The notes below the pieces were generated by a model that searched no databases, was not told the DNA's origin, and was given only the letters and a program-made list of their open reading frames with translations. Shown one piece after another: positions 12,001 to 23,190 of a DNA stretch of 64,000 nucleotides. The DNA is from Narcine bancroftii. Its lineage: Eukaryota. Each line of letters starts with the position of its first letter. The stretch's first letter is position 1. Made by a program: the position numbers and the translations under genes. The stretch is taken from assembly GCF_036971445.1 (NCBI RefSeq), contig NC_091473.1:255068001-255132000 (forward strand), given 5' to 3'.

Positions 12001-15000
12001 AGTCCTTTGCAAGTATTTTAAACCTTTTGCAGATGAGTAAATAAAGTTTTTTGAAACTAAGTTAATGAATGTCAATCTCAAAATCTATATTTAATCTTCT
12101 TGTGAAGGAATTTCAAACCGTAAACATAAAAATGATTTGCTGGCCCATGTAATTCTCTGAGGTCAATTTTAAGAGCTCAGTTGGACTTCATGTGGACGTT
12201 TAGTGTTTTAGATTGGGACTAATTCACACTTCAATTCCAGTGATATTACTGACTGTGATAGACAAGGCTCTCTCCGCTTCAAGGTTTTGATAGGAAGTGC
12301 CAAGGCGAATATTAGGAACACTTTCACAGAGTTTGAGTGGATGACATTCTCGTTCGGTTAACGCGACCCACATTCTACCAAGTAAACTGACTGGCAGCAT
12401 CATGGTCTGACTTGGAAACTTGATTGGCCGGGCACCAGCCTCCTGTCCACGAAGCATTGGACATCTTAAAGGACCCCCATACCCTGGTCACAACTCACTT
12501 CTCCCTTCGGGCAGAAGGTACAGAAGCCTAAATACCTCTAGGTTTAAGAGCAGCATTTCTCCAACAACTATCAGGCTCTTTAACCTCCCCTTTAACCCAG
12601 ACCATAAACGATTCCGGGATCACCAAAGATCTGTCTGCACGAACACCTTTTTCCTCTTGCACTTACTGCAACTGAGAATACAGTAAAATTTTCCTGATCT
12701 GGGATTCAAACGATCAGTAGCTCAAGCAACCGGCAAAATGAATGGGTGAAAAATCCGAGACGCTCCAAACCGTTACTTCGCCAATCACGCAACAAGCAAC
12801 CTCAAAGAAACGGAAAAGTCACTTCACTGGTGCCGGACGCTGGAGGTTTACTGTATTTATTTATCTATCCTTCAATAATTATCCCTTTTTCTGACTATTA
12901 TCTTGAGTTGCTGGTGCGTCTAGCACACCCCCTGTGGCTCCAGCTAGTGTGCATCCATACCTATACATCTGACAATAAGTTCTCCTCTCAATTGTGAAAT
13001 ACTCACACAATGTTGCACATTCTCGTTCAGCTCATGCAAAGTGTTGGCAATTTTACTGATATTCCTCCTGAGGCTGTGGCCGTGGGTCTTCGCTGCTGGG
13101 ATGACATCTATGAGGTAAAAATTCAGCATTTCCTTCAGGAACTGGCAACTGTGGATGTCCTAAACATGTACAAGAGGTCACTGTTAGGTCTTGAAAAAGT
13201 CATTACGCAGAAACAGAAAATTTGGGTCCCAGATAAGTTCCAAAGTCTGGGTCCTGGTTTAGATAAAATGCACTTTGAAGATCCTCTGTTTTGAAAACCG
13301 TAACCCAAAATTGAAGCAGGGAACTATTTTACAATATTACTGTTTAATTTTCTATTTTTAAACTTAAAACTCATTTTTTTTACTTCTTCCATCAGCGTAT
13401 GCCCGACTAAAGCAACTCCAATGCAGATGATGCTCAAAGTTCAGTTTAATTTACAAGGCCAACATTTGATTATGTCAGTGATCTGAAGCTTGGCTCCTTG
13501 GGTGATGGAGTAGGAGTGTCTTCTCCCACAGGCAGGCCCAACCAGTGAGTGGTGAGTCTTGGTATGTAGTCTTCCCTGCCGATCCCCCTACACCATCCCT
13601 TACTGTCACAGACCCTGCTACTATTAATATAAAGTCCTGCTGAATGAAATAACAACACCATTCCCACACAGAACAAGACCTTTGTCGCCAGGTCTAAATC
13701 CTGAAACTCCTTCCTAATCTCAGTCTGGGAGCCCTTCACCAGTTCACTGCAATCTTTACAAACTGCAGGAAGAGCTCAGCTGGCTGGCAGCATCTGTGGA
13801 GGAAAATGATGCAGGTCGAGAGCCTACATCAGAACTCGAGGGCAACCAATAGATGTTGACTGCCTATTGCTAGATGACTTGTGAGCTCCTGTGTGGGCCA
13901 CAAATGTTGACATGTTCAGTGATGCACAGATCCCTAATAAAAGGGGTTTCCAAAGTTGTTCCTGATATTTTCCCTTCGTGAATCATTGCTTCTTCATTTC
14001 AAGTGTGGGCAGGTCTTCGTTGTCTTCAGTCTAATCACTGGCGCATTGGCATAACCCTTTGGCTGAAGTTCTAATCAGTTAAATCAAACCTACACTGACA
14101 ATTAACACCCAACGTGAAAATTAGTCTGCTCACTCCCACTTTCTACCTGGTGAAGTTTGAGTTGTTAAGAGAAAAGGGCACGCAAAATCATCGAGGACCC
14201 CTTCCACCCTGCACACAGAATCTTTCAATTGCTCCTGTCGGGGAAGAGATCCAGGAGGATCAGAGCCAGCCCCACCAGGCTGAGGAACAAATTCTTCCCA
14301 CGGGCTCATATTAACTATCCGAGACCGTCATATTTATTGGTTTATTTATTTATATGTATGGGTGTGGATCTGCATGTTTTGCACCGAGAACCAGAGAACA
14401 TGGTTTTGTCAGGTTGGACTTGTACGATCTGATGACAATAAACTTGACGGTGCTTGAATCAGTCCACTATTCTCATCTCCTGCCCGTGAACTTTCTTGAG
14501 CTTCTGTTTATTTTTGGGGAACTACAAAGCAATTTGTGACTCAGCACCAGACACACAGATCAAAGCAGTGAAACCAACCACCGGAAGGGAACAATTTGTT
14601 GGCAAACCCTCACCGAGAGTGACACCCCATCACTCCTGTTCTCCAGGGCACAGGCACCCGGCTACATTCCCACGACACTCCACCACAGCACCCTCCCAGG
14701 GGCTCAGCACGTCCACCTTTAACCATGCAAGTGAAGCTTCCCTCTCACCGTGAATCCTGGCAGGTCTCGCGGTTTCAGCAGAATTGTCTTGAAATTGCCA
14801 TCTTTTTCTTGCTGCAGTAAAGAAGCACAAATTCAGCACTTGGGCGCGGATGAATTATTCCTCTGCCACCTTCCACCCTTCACTTGACTGGTACAGCTTT
14901 ACTCCCCACACAACAATGAACACAAACACCACGAACGGAGTCAAACATTGTCTGATGAATTCATTTAAACTCCCATTTAAAATCTGCGCTCTCTAAGATG

Positions 15001-15500
15001 ATGCCATCTTCAATAAAGCAGCAATCCCCGGTTATCATCCTCTCTTGGTCAACATTGCGAAGTAGCATTGAACAATTCTATATATCTTTTCTCTGCATCA
15101 CTTTTAAAACATGCATTGTTTAAAACAGTTGATATCAAGCTCAATTAACATGTACCCCATTACTACGATATTTGGATCAGCTTCAGATTTTGTTTGTGCC
15201 TTTGATGTCTTCAAGTATTACTTGGAACCTGCTTGCATGAAGAGCTGTAACAAATGCAATCCCAGCCTGACTGACTTTCCAACACAGCAGTAACTTGCAA
15301 AGAGTGCTCTGTTCTCACTGCATCTAAAACACACACTTCCATTTGATACTTACAAAGTGAACCCTGATTTTGTGATATGAAGTCCTGAGTTCTTCGATGT
15401 GAGCAGGGAAGATGGCGTAGTTGAAGCAGAGCTGAGAGGAGTGACAGTAGTGACACTGAATGCTAATCAGTGTACACAATACCAGAGTGACGCTCTTCAT
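8972..15500 (-). CDS. il10: Interleukin-10 family cytokine (IL-10-like), 5 coding exons, 176 aa
   Basis: Manual splice assembly of exons 147+63+153+78+90 nt with all introns GT-AG and phase 0, the IL-10-family architecture. Shows a signal peptide, CQFLKEMLNFYL..V.P.A helix C and GVYKAMGEL helix F. C25/C75/C121/C127 align with the two IL-10 disulfides. Orthology to IL10 versus an IL-19/20-type paralog needs a phylogeny. Confidence 0.92.
9167..9244 (-). CDS. il10: IL-10-like exon 4 (RMFFNCDLCSCKPSPHFQKIQRIFKQ)
   Basis: 78 nt, acceptor cctttcag, donor gtaaga; Cys six residues after the exon-3 Cys as in IL-10 HRFLPC. Confidence 0.92.
10880..11010 (-). mobile_element. Old V-SINE fragment
   Basis: ggggagaatgcgcaaactccacacagac is the reverse V-core. 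Confidence 0.65.
11290..11648 (+). mobile_element. CR1 3' end (intron 3)
   Basis: ttcttcagccagcgggtggtgaatctg...gggctgaatggcct...atggtcta. Confidence 0.8.
12370..12680 (+). mobile_element. Rex1-like 3' fragment (intron 3)
   Basis: LLPSGRRYRSLNTSRFKSS.SP..IRL. Confidence 0.7.
13007..13159 (-). CDS. il10: IL-10-like exon 3 (DIHSCQFLKEMLNFYLIDVIPAA...NVQHC)
   Basis: 153 nt, the same length as human IL10 exon 3; acceptor tgtttag, donor gtgagt; ends in the conserved Cys. Confidence 0.95.
14165..14460 (+). mobile_element. Rex1-like 3' end (intron 2)
   Basis: LLSGKRSRRIRASPTRLRNKFFP; tail gacaataaacttgac. Confidence 0.75.
14749..14811 (-). CDS. il10: IL-10-like exon 2 (QEKDGNFKTILLKPRDLPGFT)
   Basis: 63 nt, acceptor tttactgcag, donor gtgaga; resembles QMKDQLDNLLLK (IL-10) and QAKDGNIDIRIL (IL-20). 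Confidence 0.9.
15354..15500 (-). CDS. il10: IL-10-like exon 1 (MKSVTLVLC...ELRTSYHKIRVHF)
   Basis: gaaaccATG in Kozak context, hydrophobic signal peptide, helix A resembling LRDLRDAFSRVKTFF, donor gtaagt. Confidence 0.92.
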
Positions 15501-15555
15501 GGTTTCTGTCTAGCTCACGCTGCTGTGTTTTAGGCACTTGAATCAACACTTAGCC

Positions 15556-15563
15556 CTTATATG
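15556..15563 (-). promoter_or_regulatory. TATA-like box of the IL-10-like gene
   Basis: Minus-strand CATATAAG about 56-63 nt upstream of the ATG. Confidence 0.55.
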
Positions 15564-15842
15564 CAGTATTTCTCTTTGTGGTTAATATTATTTGCAATTT
15601 CCTATTTTATTTCCTGTTGATTATCTATTTGAGCTGGCTGCACATTTGAAATGTCACAAAATCTTCCTGGTAATAGAAATTTCCATTGACCCCTTGAGTG
15701 TTTAATCATTCTGAAATTTATGCATCAACTTGGTTCATTTAAGACCATTCTTTTTCCCGTCAGGTTGAATCTTTGCAGAGCTTTGCAGAGCTTGCAGATA
15801 AATCATATTGTGAGCTCCTGTTTTAGTCAAATGGATTGTCAC

Positions 15843-16728
15843 TGTAAGGGATAGTATAGACAGGAGGGATTGAATGGTCACAGTTAACATTTAATATCTC
15901 ACAAAAGCACAACACAAGCCACTGCCCAGAGATAGTTCGATACATTGGAAGAACTGAGGGAAGGTTTGTCACCGTCCGTTCCAGATTCAATACATTTACA
16001 AAAACGCTGTGATTTTGTAAGGGAGAACCATCCTGATGCTGGAGAGGAAACAGCTTTTTGAAGCAGCTCTTGTGACCAGCTTCTGTGGAATTAAGAGCAA
16101 AGCCGGCTCTGTGAACGGCTGGGGTTTTTCGACGGATTAATCTGTGCCAGGAGGAGAGACGGCTTCATTTTAAGTGTGACTAGCAGTGAAGTCACTTGGA
16201 GAGACCGGTGTCAGGGTCTTGGAAGGCTTGCCCAGTTCGAGTCTTGTCTACAAAAGGACCAGGAGTGTTTTGACCACAGCTTGTGTGGATGGACATTTCT
16301 TGAAAGGTAACGCAAGGAGAATTCATGAGTCTGTAGAAGACACAAGTCCCATCTCCCCATCAGTGAGACATTCATCCTGGGCATCAAATGTCAAAGGCCG
16401 ACGCTTCAACACTGAATTTGAAAGAGTGAACTTGGAAGTAACTTTCTAAAGTTTGGCCTGGACNNNNNNNNNNNNNNNNNNNNNNNNNNNNNNNNNNNNN
16501 NNNNNNNNNNNNNNNNNNNNNNNNNNNNNNNNNNNNNNNNNNNNNNNNNNNNNNNNNNNNNNNNNNNNNNNNNNNNNNNNNNNNNNNNNNNNNNGGGATA
16601 GATTTACTGTTAAGGATAGTTTAAAAGTTAAGATTATAGTTTAAGAGTTAGAAATAAAATTAGTGCTTTAAAATTAAACACTGACTGGTTAATTGTCTAT
16701 GGCTGCTCGTTACGCGCAGTTCATAACA
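15843..16728 (+). mobile_element. Probable solo LTR (contains a gap) immediately upstream of the cytokine promoter
   Basis: Starts tgtaag, ends ataaca, AATAAA near the 3' end; TSD imperfect (gtcac / atcat). Confidence 0.55.
16464..16594. other. Assembly gap
   Basis: Run of N. Confidence 1.
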
Positions 16729-16893
16729 ATCATTCTGAAGCAATTAATTCTTTGAAGCTTAAATATTGTGGTTACGGACCACAATTTCTGCCTCACACAC
16801 TTTTGACTACAGTTTGATACCGTTAAGTGTGTGTTAACGTGGGTCAAAATTTGTCCTGTGTCATCAGTGCCCAGAGGGCCATTATACTGTTCT

Positions 16894-17753
16894 TACACAT
16901 CTCCATCGGGCACACAAAACTCAAAACGGTCAACCAGTTTACCTATCTCGGCTGCACCATTTCATCAGATGCAAGGATCGACAATGAGATAGACAACAGA
17001 CTCGCCAAGGCAAATAGCGCCTTTGGAAGACTACACAAAAGAGTCTGGAAAAACAACCAACTGAAAAACCTCACAAAGATAAGCGTATACAGAGCCGTTG
17101 TCATACCCACACTCCTGTTCGGCTCCGAATCATGGGTCCTCTACCGGCACCACCTACGGCTCCTAGAACGCTTCCACCAGCGTTGTCTCCGCTCCATCCT
17201 CAACATCCATTGGAGCGCTCACACCCCTAACGTCGAGGTACTCGAGATGGCAGAGGTCGACAGCATCGAGTCCACGCTGCTGAAGATCCAGCTGCGCTGG
17301 ATGGGTCACGTCTCCAGAATGGAGGACCATCGCCTTCCCAAGATCGTATTATATGGCGAGCTCTCCACTGGCCACCGTGACAGAGGTGCACCAAAGAAAA
17401 GGTACAAGGACTGCCTAAAGAAATCTCTTGGTGCCTGCCACATTGACCACCGCCAGTGGGCTGATAACGCCTCAAACCGTGCATCTTGGCGCCTCACAGT
17501 TTGGCGGGCAGCAGCCTCCTTTGAAGAAGACCGCAGAGCCCACCTCACTGACAAAAGGCAAAGGAGGAAAAACCCAACACCCAACCCCAACCAACCAATT
17601 TTCCCTTGCAACCGCTGCAATCGTGTCTGCCTGTCCCGCATCGGACTGGTCAGCCACAAACGAGCCTGCAGCTGACGTGGACTTTTTACCCCCTCCATAA
17701 ATCTTCGTCCGCGAAGCCAAGCCAAAGAAGAAAGAGAAAAAAAAAAAAAAAAA
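16894..17753 (+). mobile_element. RTE-BovB-like LINE, 5'-truncated, ORF C-terminus intact, A-rich tail
   Basis: FTYLGCTISSDARIDNEIDNRLAKANSAFGRL...QLRWMGHVSRMEDHRLPK...C.RC.RVCLSRIGL.SH. Confidence 0.93.
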
Positions 17754-18724
17754 CACAGATGGATGGACATGGATCTGGCATCAGTGGAAGAGTTTCCACT
17801 CCTTGCCCTGTCCTCTGCATTGTGTTGCTCTGTGCATTAGATCTCAAATTGCTGAGTTTGATGCACCATGATCCTACATCCCATAAGCCCTTTAAGTCCC
17901 ATTCAAACTTCAATGAAAATGGAAGGATTTCTGCTATTGAGCATTGCCCTGGAGAGCAGCTGCGACCTCAAAGCCCCCGAGAGACAGTTCAAAAACCAAG
18001 GCACCACCCTCGCACACCCAAAGGCAGCAATCAACCTTTGCTTTCTTCGTTAGATAATTTTCTGACCTCTGCTCTGCAATGCTACAAAGCTCCTCAACAT
18101 TACCTTCCCATTCGGAGACTCTGAAATAGAAGCTGATTTCACTGCCTGTTGGGAGATCCTACGTACTCCAGACACGAGCGATATCTCCCACGTTAAAAAA
18201 AAAAGTCGCAAGACCACCATTAGGTGAAGGAAAAAGTGCGTAAAGCTGATGATTATTTTGCCAAGATCTTTTCCTCTTGTATAAACTCTAGTTTTTGAAC
18301 CTTGATCTTTTGCCTCAAATGCAGGGACCTTCATGAACTGTTGACGTAAGTGTTTGATTCTTCTCCATGACTGAGTGGAACTGATATCCTCTCTAGTAAA
18401 CACAGACACGTGTGAGCAGATGATTGCAAAGCAAAAATCAACTTTAATATCAACCTTGGGGTTTTTTTCTCTTGGTAAAGATTTAATCTTGAAACAGGAT
18501 ATTAGTGGTTGTGATCTGAGGTGATTCGCAGAAGTGTCCACAGATGTGTTAGTAGTTAGCCACTCAGCAACCCACTTGGCATCCTTTCCAATGCTTTCAG
18601 TCCCAGATATATGCTTCATTACTGAAATAAGAAGTGCAATTTTGAATGAATATGGTGCATGCAATTGAGCTGGACCATATTGACCTTTAGTTAATATCAT
18701 AGCTGTGCATGCAGAGGTGTTTAC

Positions 18725-19215
18725 AATTTGGTGAGACCACACTCGGAGTATTGTGCACAGTATTCACGACCCCACTGTACAAGGCGTTGGTGAGACCACA
18801 CTCGGAATATTGGCTACAGGAAAGATGTCATTAAGCTGGAAATATTCATGAGAATGTTTCAGGGATCAGTGGGCTTGAATTATGAAGAGAGACTGGATGG
18901 GTTGGGACTTTTCTCCCAAAAGTGTAGGAGGCTGATGGTTTATAAATCAGGAGGGACGTAAATCAGGTAAATGGTCACAGTCTTTATCCCAGGGTAGCAG
19001 AGTCTAAAATGAGAGGGCATAAAATTGTGAGAGGGGAAAGATTTAGAAGGGACCTGAGGAGCTCCTTCACAGAGAGGGTGGTGGGTGTGTGGAACGAGCT
19101 GCCAGATATATTTGGGGACATTTACAGCGAAAGACATTTAGACGGATAGGAAAGGTTTAGAGGGATATGGGCCAGATGTAATAGGTGGGATTTATTTGAC
19201 TGAAGGGCCAGTTCC
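18725..19215 (+). mobile_element. CR1 3' fragment with a short duplication at its 5' edge
   Basis: ttggtgagaccacactcgga occurs twice; gtggaacgagctgccag motif. Confidence 0.75.
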
Positions 19216-19249
19216 AATGTACGTCATCATCATTCCCTCAATATTAGTG

Positions 19250-19790
19250 GTTCCAGCGCCAGCGATCCAGGTTCGAATCCCGTGCTGTCTGTAAGGAGTT
19301 TGTACGCTCTCCCTGTGTCTGCATGGGTTTCCTCCGGGTGCTCCAGTTTCCTCCTACCCTCCAAAATGTACTGGGGTTGGTAGGTTAATGGGGTGTAATT
19401 GGGCAACACAGGCTTGTGGGCCAAAATCTCTTGGTGCCTGCCACATTGACCACCGCCAGTGGGCTGATATCGCCTCAAACCGTGCATCTTGGCGCCTCAC
19501 AGTTCGGCGGGCAGCAACCTCCTTTGAAGAATACCGCAGAGCCCACCTCACTGACAAAAGGCAAAGGAGGAAAAACCCAACACCCAACCCCAACCCACCA
19601 ATTTTCCCCTGCAACCGCTGCAACCGTGTCTGCCTGTCCCGCATCGGACTTGTCAGCCACAAACGAGCCTGCAGCTGACGTGGACATTTACCCCTTCCAT
19701 AAATCTTCGTCCGCGAAGCCAAGCCAAAGAATTGGGCAACACAGGCTTGTGGGCCAAAATGGCCTGTTACCCTGCTGTTTCTCCACTTTT
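19250..19790 (+). mobile_element. V-SINE interrupted by an RTE 3' end (19428-19729)
   Basis: RTE flanked by the 31-bp direct repeat aattgggcaacacaggcttgtgggccaaaat (19397-19427 / 19730-19760). Confidence 0.9.
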
Positions 19791-20044
19791 GAAATTTAAA
19801 ATGTAAAAATGTAAATTTTAAATGTAAATTGAAAGCATTTTAACCATGCAAAACAGCACTCCATTTTATGCAAGCTTGCTCTGTGCCCCTGGAATTTCTG
19901 CACCCCTCTCACCTTCCAGGATTTTAGTAATTCATTCACTCTTGCCTCATGCTCAGCCCAGTGGCTGCCACTCCTCCAATAAAATGCTGATTCGAAACAG
20001 CCAAGAGCTTGTTCAGCATCATTACAGGAAGTATGTTTAAACTT

Positions 20045-20495
20045 TAGAGAGGGTGTAGAGGAGATTTCCTAGGACGTTAACTAGATTGGAGAATGTGCTT
20101 GATGAGGGCAAAGTTTGCTGAGGAGAGGCTTTTCTCTTTGGTGCGAAGAAGGATGAGGGGTTGACAAGTTTCTGAGAGGCATTGATAGGGTGGACGGCCA
20201 GCACCATTTTCCCAGGGCGGGAGTAGCAAACACCAGAGGACGTGTGTACAAGGTGAGGGGAGCAAAGTTTAAGGGAGACATCAGGGGTGTTTTTTTTACG
20301 CATTGAGTGGTGGGGGTCTGGAATGTGTTGCCAGGGGTGGTGGTGGAGGGTGGAACATTAGGGGCATTTAAAATGCTCTTAGACACATGAATTTAAGAAA
20401 AGTTGAAGGATGTAGGTGTGAGGGAAGGTTTATACAGGTCGGCACAACATTGTGGGCTGAAGGGCCTGTATTATGCTGTGATGTTTTAGATTCTA
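20045..20495 (+). mobile_element. CR1 3' end
   Basis: Similar to 57915-58420; typical tail gggctgaagggcctgta...ttctatgttc. Confidence 0.8.
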
Positions 20496-20984
20496 TGTTC
20501 AAGGGCGATGGAAACTGCGATGGTTGACATTATCTGAATAGCAATGTGAAGATTGGAGAAGATGTTCTCATCTCCATACTGAACAATAAATTTGAGAAGC
20601 TCTTCAGGTCTTGATATTTTCATGTTGGTTCTCCTTGATAGTAACATTCTGCAATCCAAAATTTCTTCACATAGCTGCTGTCCATCAACACCAGAGATGT
20701 ACAATTTGCTCAAACTTTCACATTTCTTTAGGCCGTTACTGTTGGTGCCGAGAAGGAACCCAAACTTGGCGTCAGTGTTCCATTATTATCATGTGATATA
20801 CATTTAGAATGTAAAATGCATGAAATTCTTTAACTTTTGTCTACCATTAATCAGGCAGTGATTCGCCACTTTGTCCAGTGCCACTCATATGTCCTGGAGA
20901 ACTTGAAGTATCTCCTCAAGGTACTTGTGACGGGCTTCACTGCTTCTGTTCTTTCCCTCCACCTGGTTTCAGACTCCGACTTAA

Positions 20985-21615
20985 CAACCACTTCGGCCGG
21001 AAGCTCATTCCAAACTCCCACCACCCACTGAGTGAAGAAATTCCCCCTCATGTTTCCCCAAAACCTTTCCCCCTTCAATCTCAATCCATATCCTCTTGTT
21101 TGAATCTCCCCCACGTGACTCTATCTGTCCCCCTCATAATTTTAAAGACCTCTATCAAATCACCCCTCAATCTTCTATGCTCCAGGGAATAAAGTCCCAG
21201 CCTGCTCAACCTTTCCCTGTAACTCAAACCCTGAAACCCAGGAAACATTCTTGTAAATCTCCTCTGCACTCTCTCTATTCTGTTTATATCCTTCCTATAA
21301 TTCGCCGACCAATATTCCAAATTTTGCTTCACCAATGCCTTATACAGCTTCAACATGACATCCCAACTCCTGTATTCAATACTCTGATTTATGAAGGCCA
21401 ACACACCAAATGCTTTCTTCACCACCCTATCTACATGTAACTCAACTTTCAGGGAATATGTATCAGAATTCCTAAATCCTTTTGTTCTACAGCACTCCTC
21501 AATTTAATGTGGATGATCTTTGCTCATTAGTCCTACCAAAATGTAGCACCTCACATTTATCAGTATTAAAATCCATCTGCCATCTTTCAGCCAACTCTCC
21601 TAACTGTCCTATATC
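20985..21615 (-). mobile_element. CR1 LINE fragment inside the hAT element
   Basis: KKAFGVLAFINQSIEYRSWDV...IERVQRRFTRM.PG...LGLYSLE.RRLRGDLIEV. Confidence 0.92.
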
Positions 21616-22169
21616 CCGCTGCAATTCATTCTGGACACCTGGTGAGAGATAAGATATGGATCCAGGATGAGTGAAGTGTCCTTCTATGACAGGGGCAAAA
21701 ATGGGCAGTAGTTTCATTAAGCCAAGGAAATTTCCCACATTGGAGTAACTCCCTGTGTCCTCATAAAGCAAGGTTCTGAGTTGCAAGGAATTTTATGGAG
21801 TGAAGGACTCTTGTCAAGATATCACACAACTTCTGCTTTTCCATTTCAATCAGTGACTGAAATTCCGTGTCAATGACTTCACTGTTTGCAGCTAAAGTTC
21901 TTTCCAGTTCTTTCCACTGTGTGAAGCCCTCCCAATGATTCTTAGCATTTTCATGAACACAAATCCTTTTAGGTACTTTCCACTGGTTGAATCTACTTTC
22001 CTGCTCCAATGAGGATTCATGGTCTGACCAGGAATAGACAAGACAACAGATACACAAAATGCAGTTCTTTTAGAAGGGGAATAGACCAGCCATGAGCGAG
22101 TCACTTCCTCAACATGACCATTTCTCACTTTTTTATTGAACCAAGTTTTGTACATTCAGCAGTTATTTA

Positions 22170-23190
22170 AGAGAAACTTGTCCGTGAACTACTCTTTGCA
22201 GATGATGCCGCTTTAGTTGCCCATTCAGAGCCAGCTCTTCAGCGCTTGACGTCCTGCTTTGCGGAAACTGCCAAAATGTTTGGCCTGGAAGTCAGCCTGA
22301 AGAAAACTGAGGTCCTCCATCAGCCAGCTCCCCACCATGATTACCAGCCCCCCCACATCTCCATCGGGCACACAAAATTCAAAACGGTCAACCAGTTTAC
22401 CTATCTCGGCTGCACCATTTCATCAGATGCAAGGATCGACAATGAGATAGACAACAGACTCGCCAAGGCAAATAGCGCCTTTGGAAGACTACACAAAAGA
22501 GTCTGGAAAAACAACCAACTGAAAAACCTCACAAAGATAAGCGTATACAGAGCCGTTGTCATACCCACACTCCTGTTCGGCTCCGAATCATGGGTCCTCT
22601 ACCGGCACCACCTACGACTCCTAGAACGCTTCCACCAGCGTTGTCTCCGCTCCATCCTCAACATCCATTGGAGCGCTCACATCCCTAGCGTCGAAGTACT
22701 CGAGATGGCAGAGGTCGACAGCATCGAGTCCACGCTGCTGAAGATCCAGCTGCGCTGGATGGGTCACGTCTCCAGAATGGAGGACCATCGCCTTCCCAAG
22801 ATCGTATTATATGGCGAGCTCTCCACTGGCCACCGTGACAGAGGTGCACCAAAGAAAAGGTACAAGGACTGCCTAAAGAAATCTCTTGGTGCCTGCCACA
22901 TTGACCACCGCCAGTGGGCTGATAACGCCTCAAACCGTGCATCTTGGCGCCTCACAGTTTGGCGGGCAGCAGCCTCCTTTGAAGAAGACCGCAGAGCCCA
23001 CCTCTCTGACAAAAGGCAAAGGAGGAAAAACCCAACACCCAACCCCAACCAACCAATTTTCCCTTGCAACCGCTGCAATCGTGTCTGCCTGTCCCGCATC
23101 GGACTGGTCAGCCACAAACGAGCCTGCAGCTGACGTGGACTTTTTACCCCCTCCATAAATCTTCGTCCGCGAAGCCAAGCCAAAGAAAGA
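22170..23190 (+). mobile_element. RTE-BovB-like LINE, 5'-truncated, inside the hAT element
   Basis: ELLFADDAAL RT motif followed by an open 295-aa ORF; nearly identical to 16894-17735. Confidence 0.93.

Noticed and set aside
13010-13294. 94-aa plus-strand ORF
   Set aside because: Antisense shadow of cytokine exon 3
15211-15456. 81-aa minus-strand ORF with a leucine-rich start
   Set aside because: Wrong reading frame of cytokine exon 1
17227-17770. Overlapping antisense and alternative-frame ORFs repeated at 19.3, 22.7 and 48.5 kb
   Set aside because: Shadow frames of the RTE element
18104-18120. 17-nt microexon-like segment (tttcag AGTCTCCGAATGGGAAG gtaatg, minus strand)
   Set aside because: Not a multiple of 3 and has no partner exons; the cytokine already has its own ATG and TATA-like box
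18050-18742. 230-aa minus-strand ORF, the longest non-transposon ORF
   Set aside because: Starts at a non-ATG codon inside a CR1 fragment, has no recognisable motif and crosses a homopolymer; probably chance
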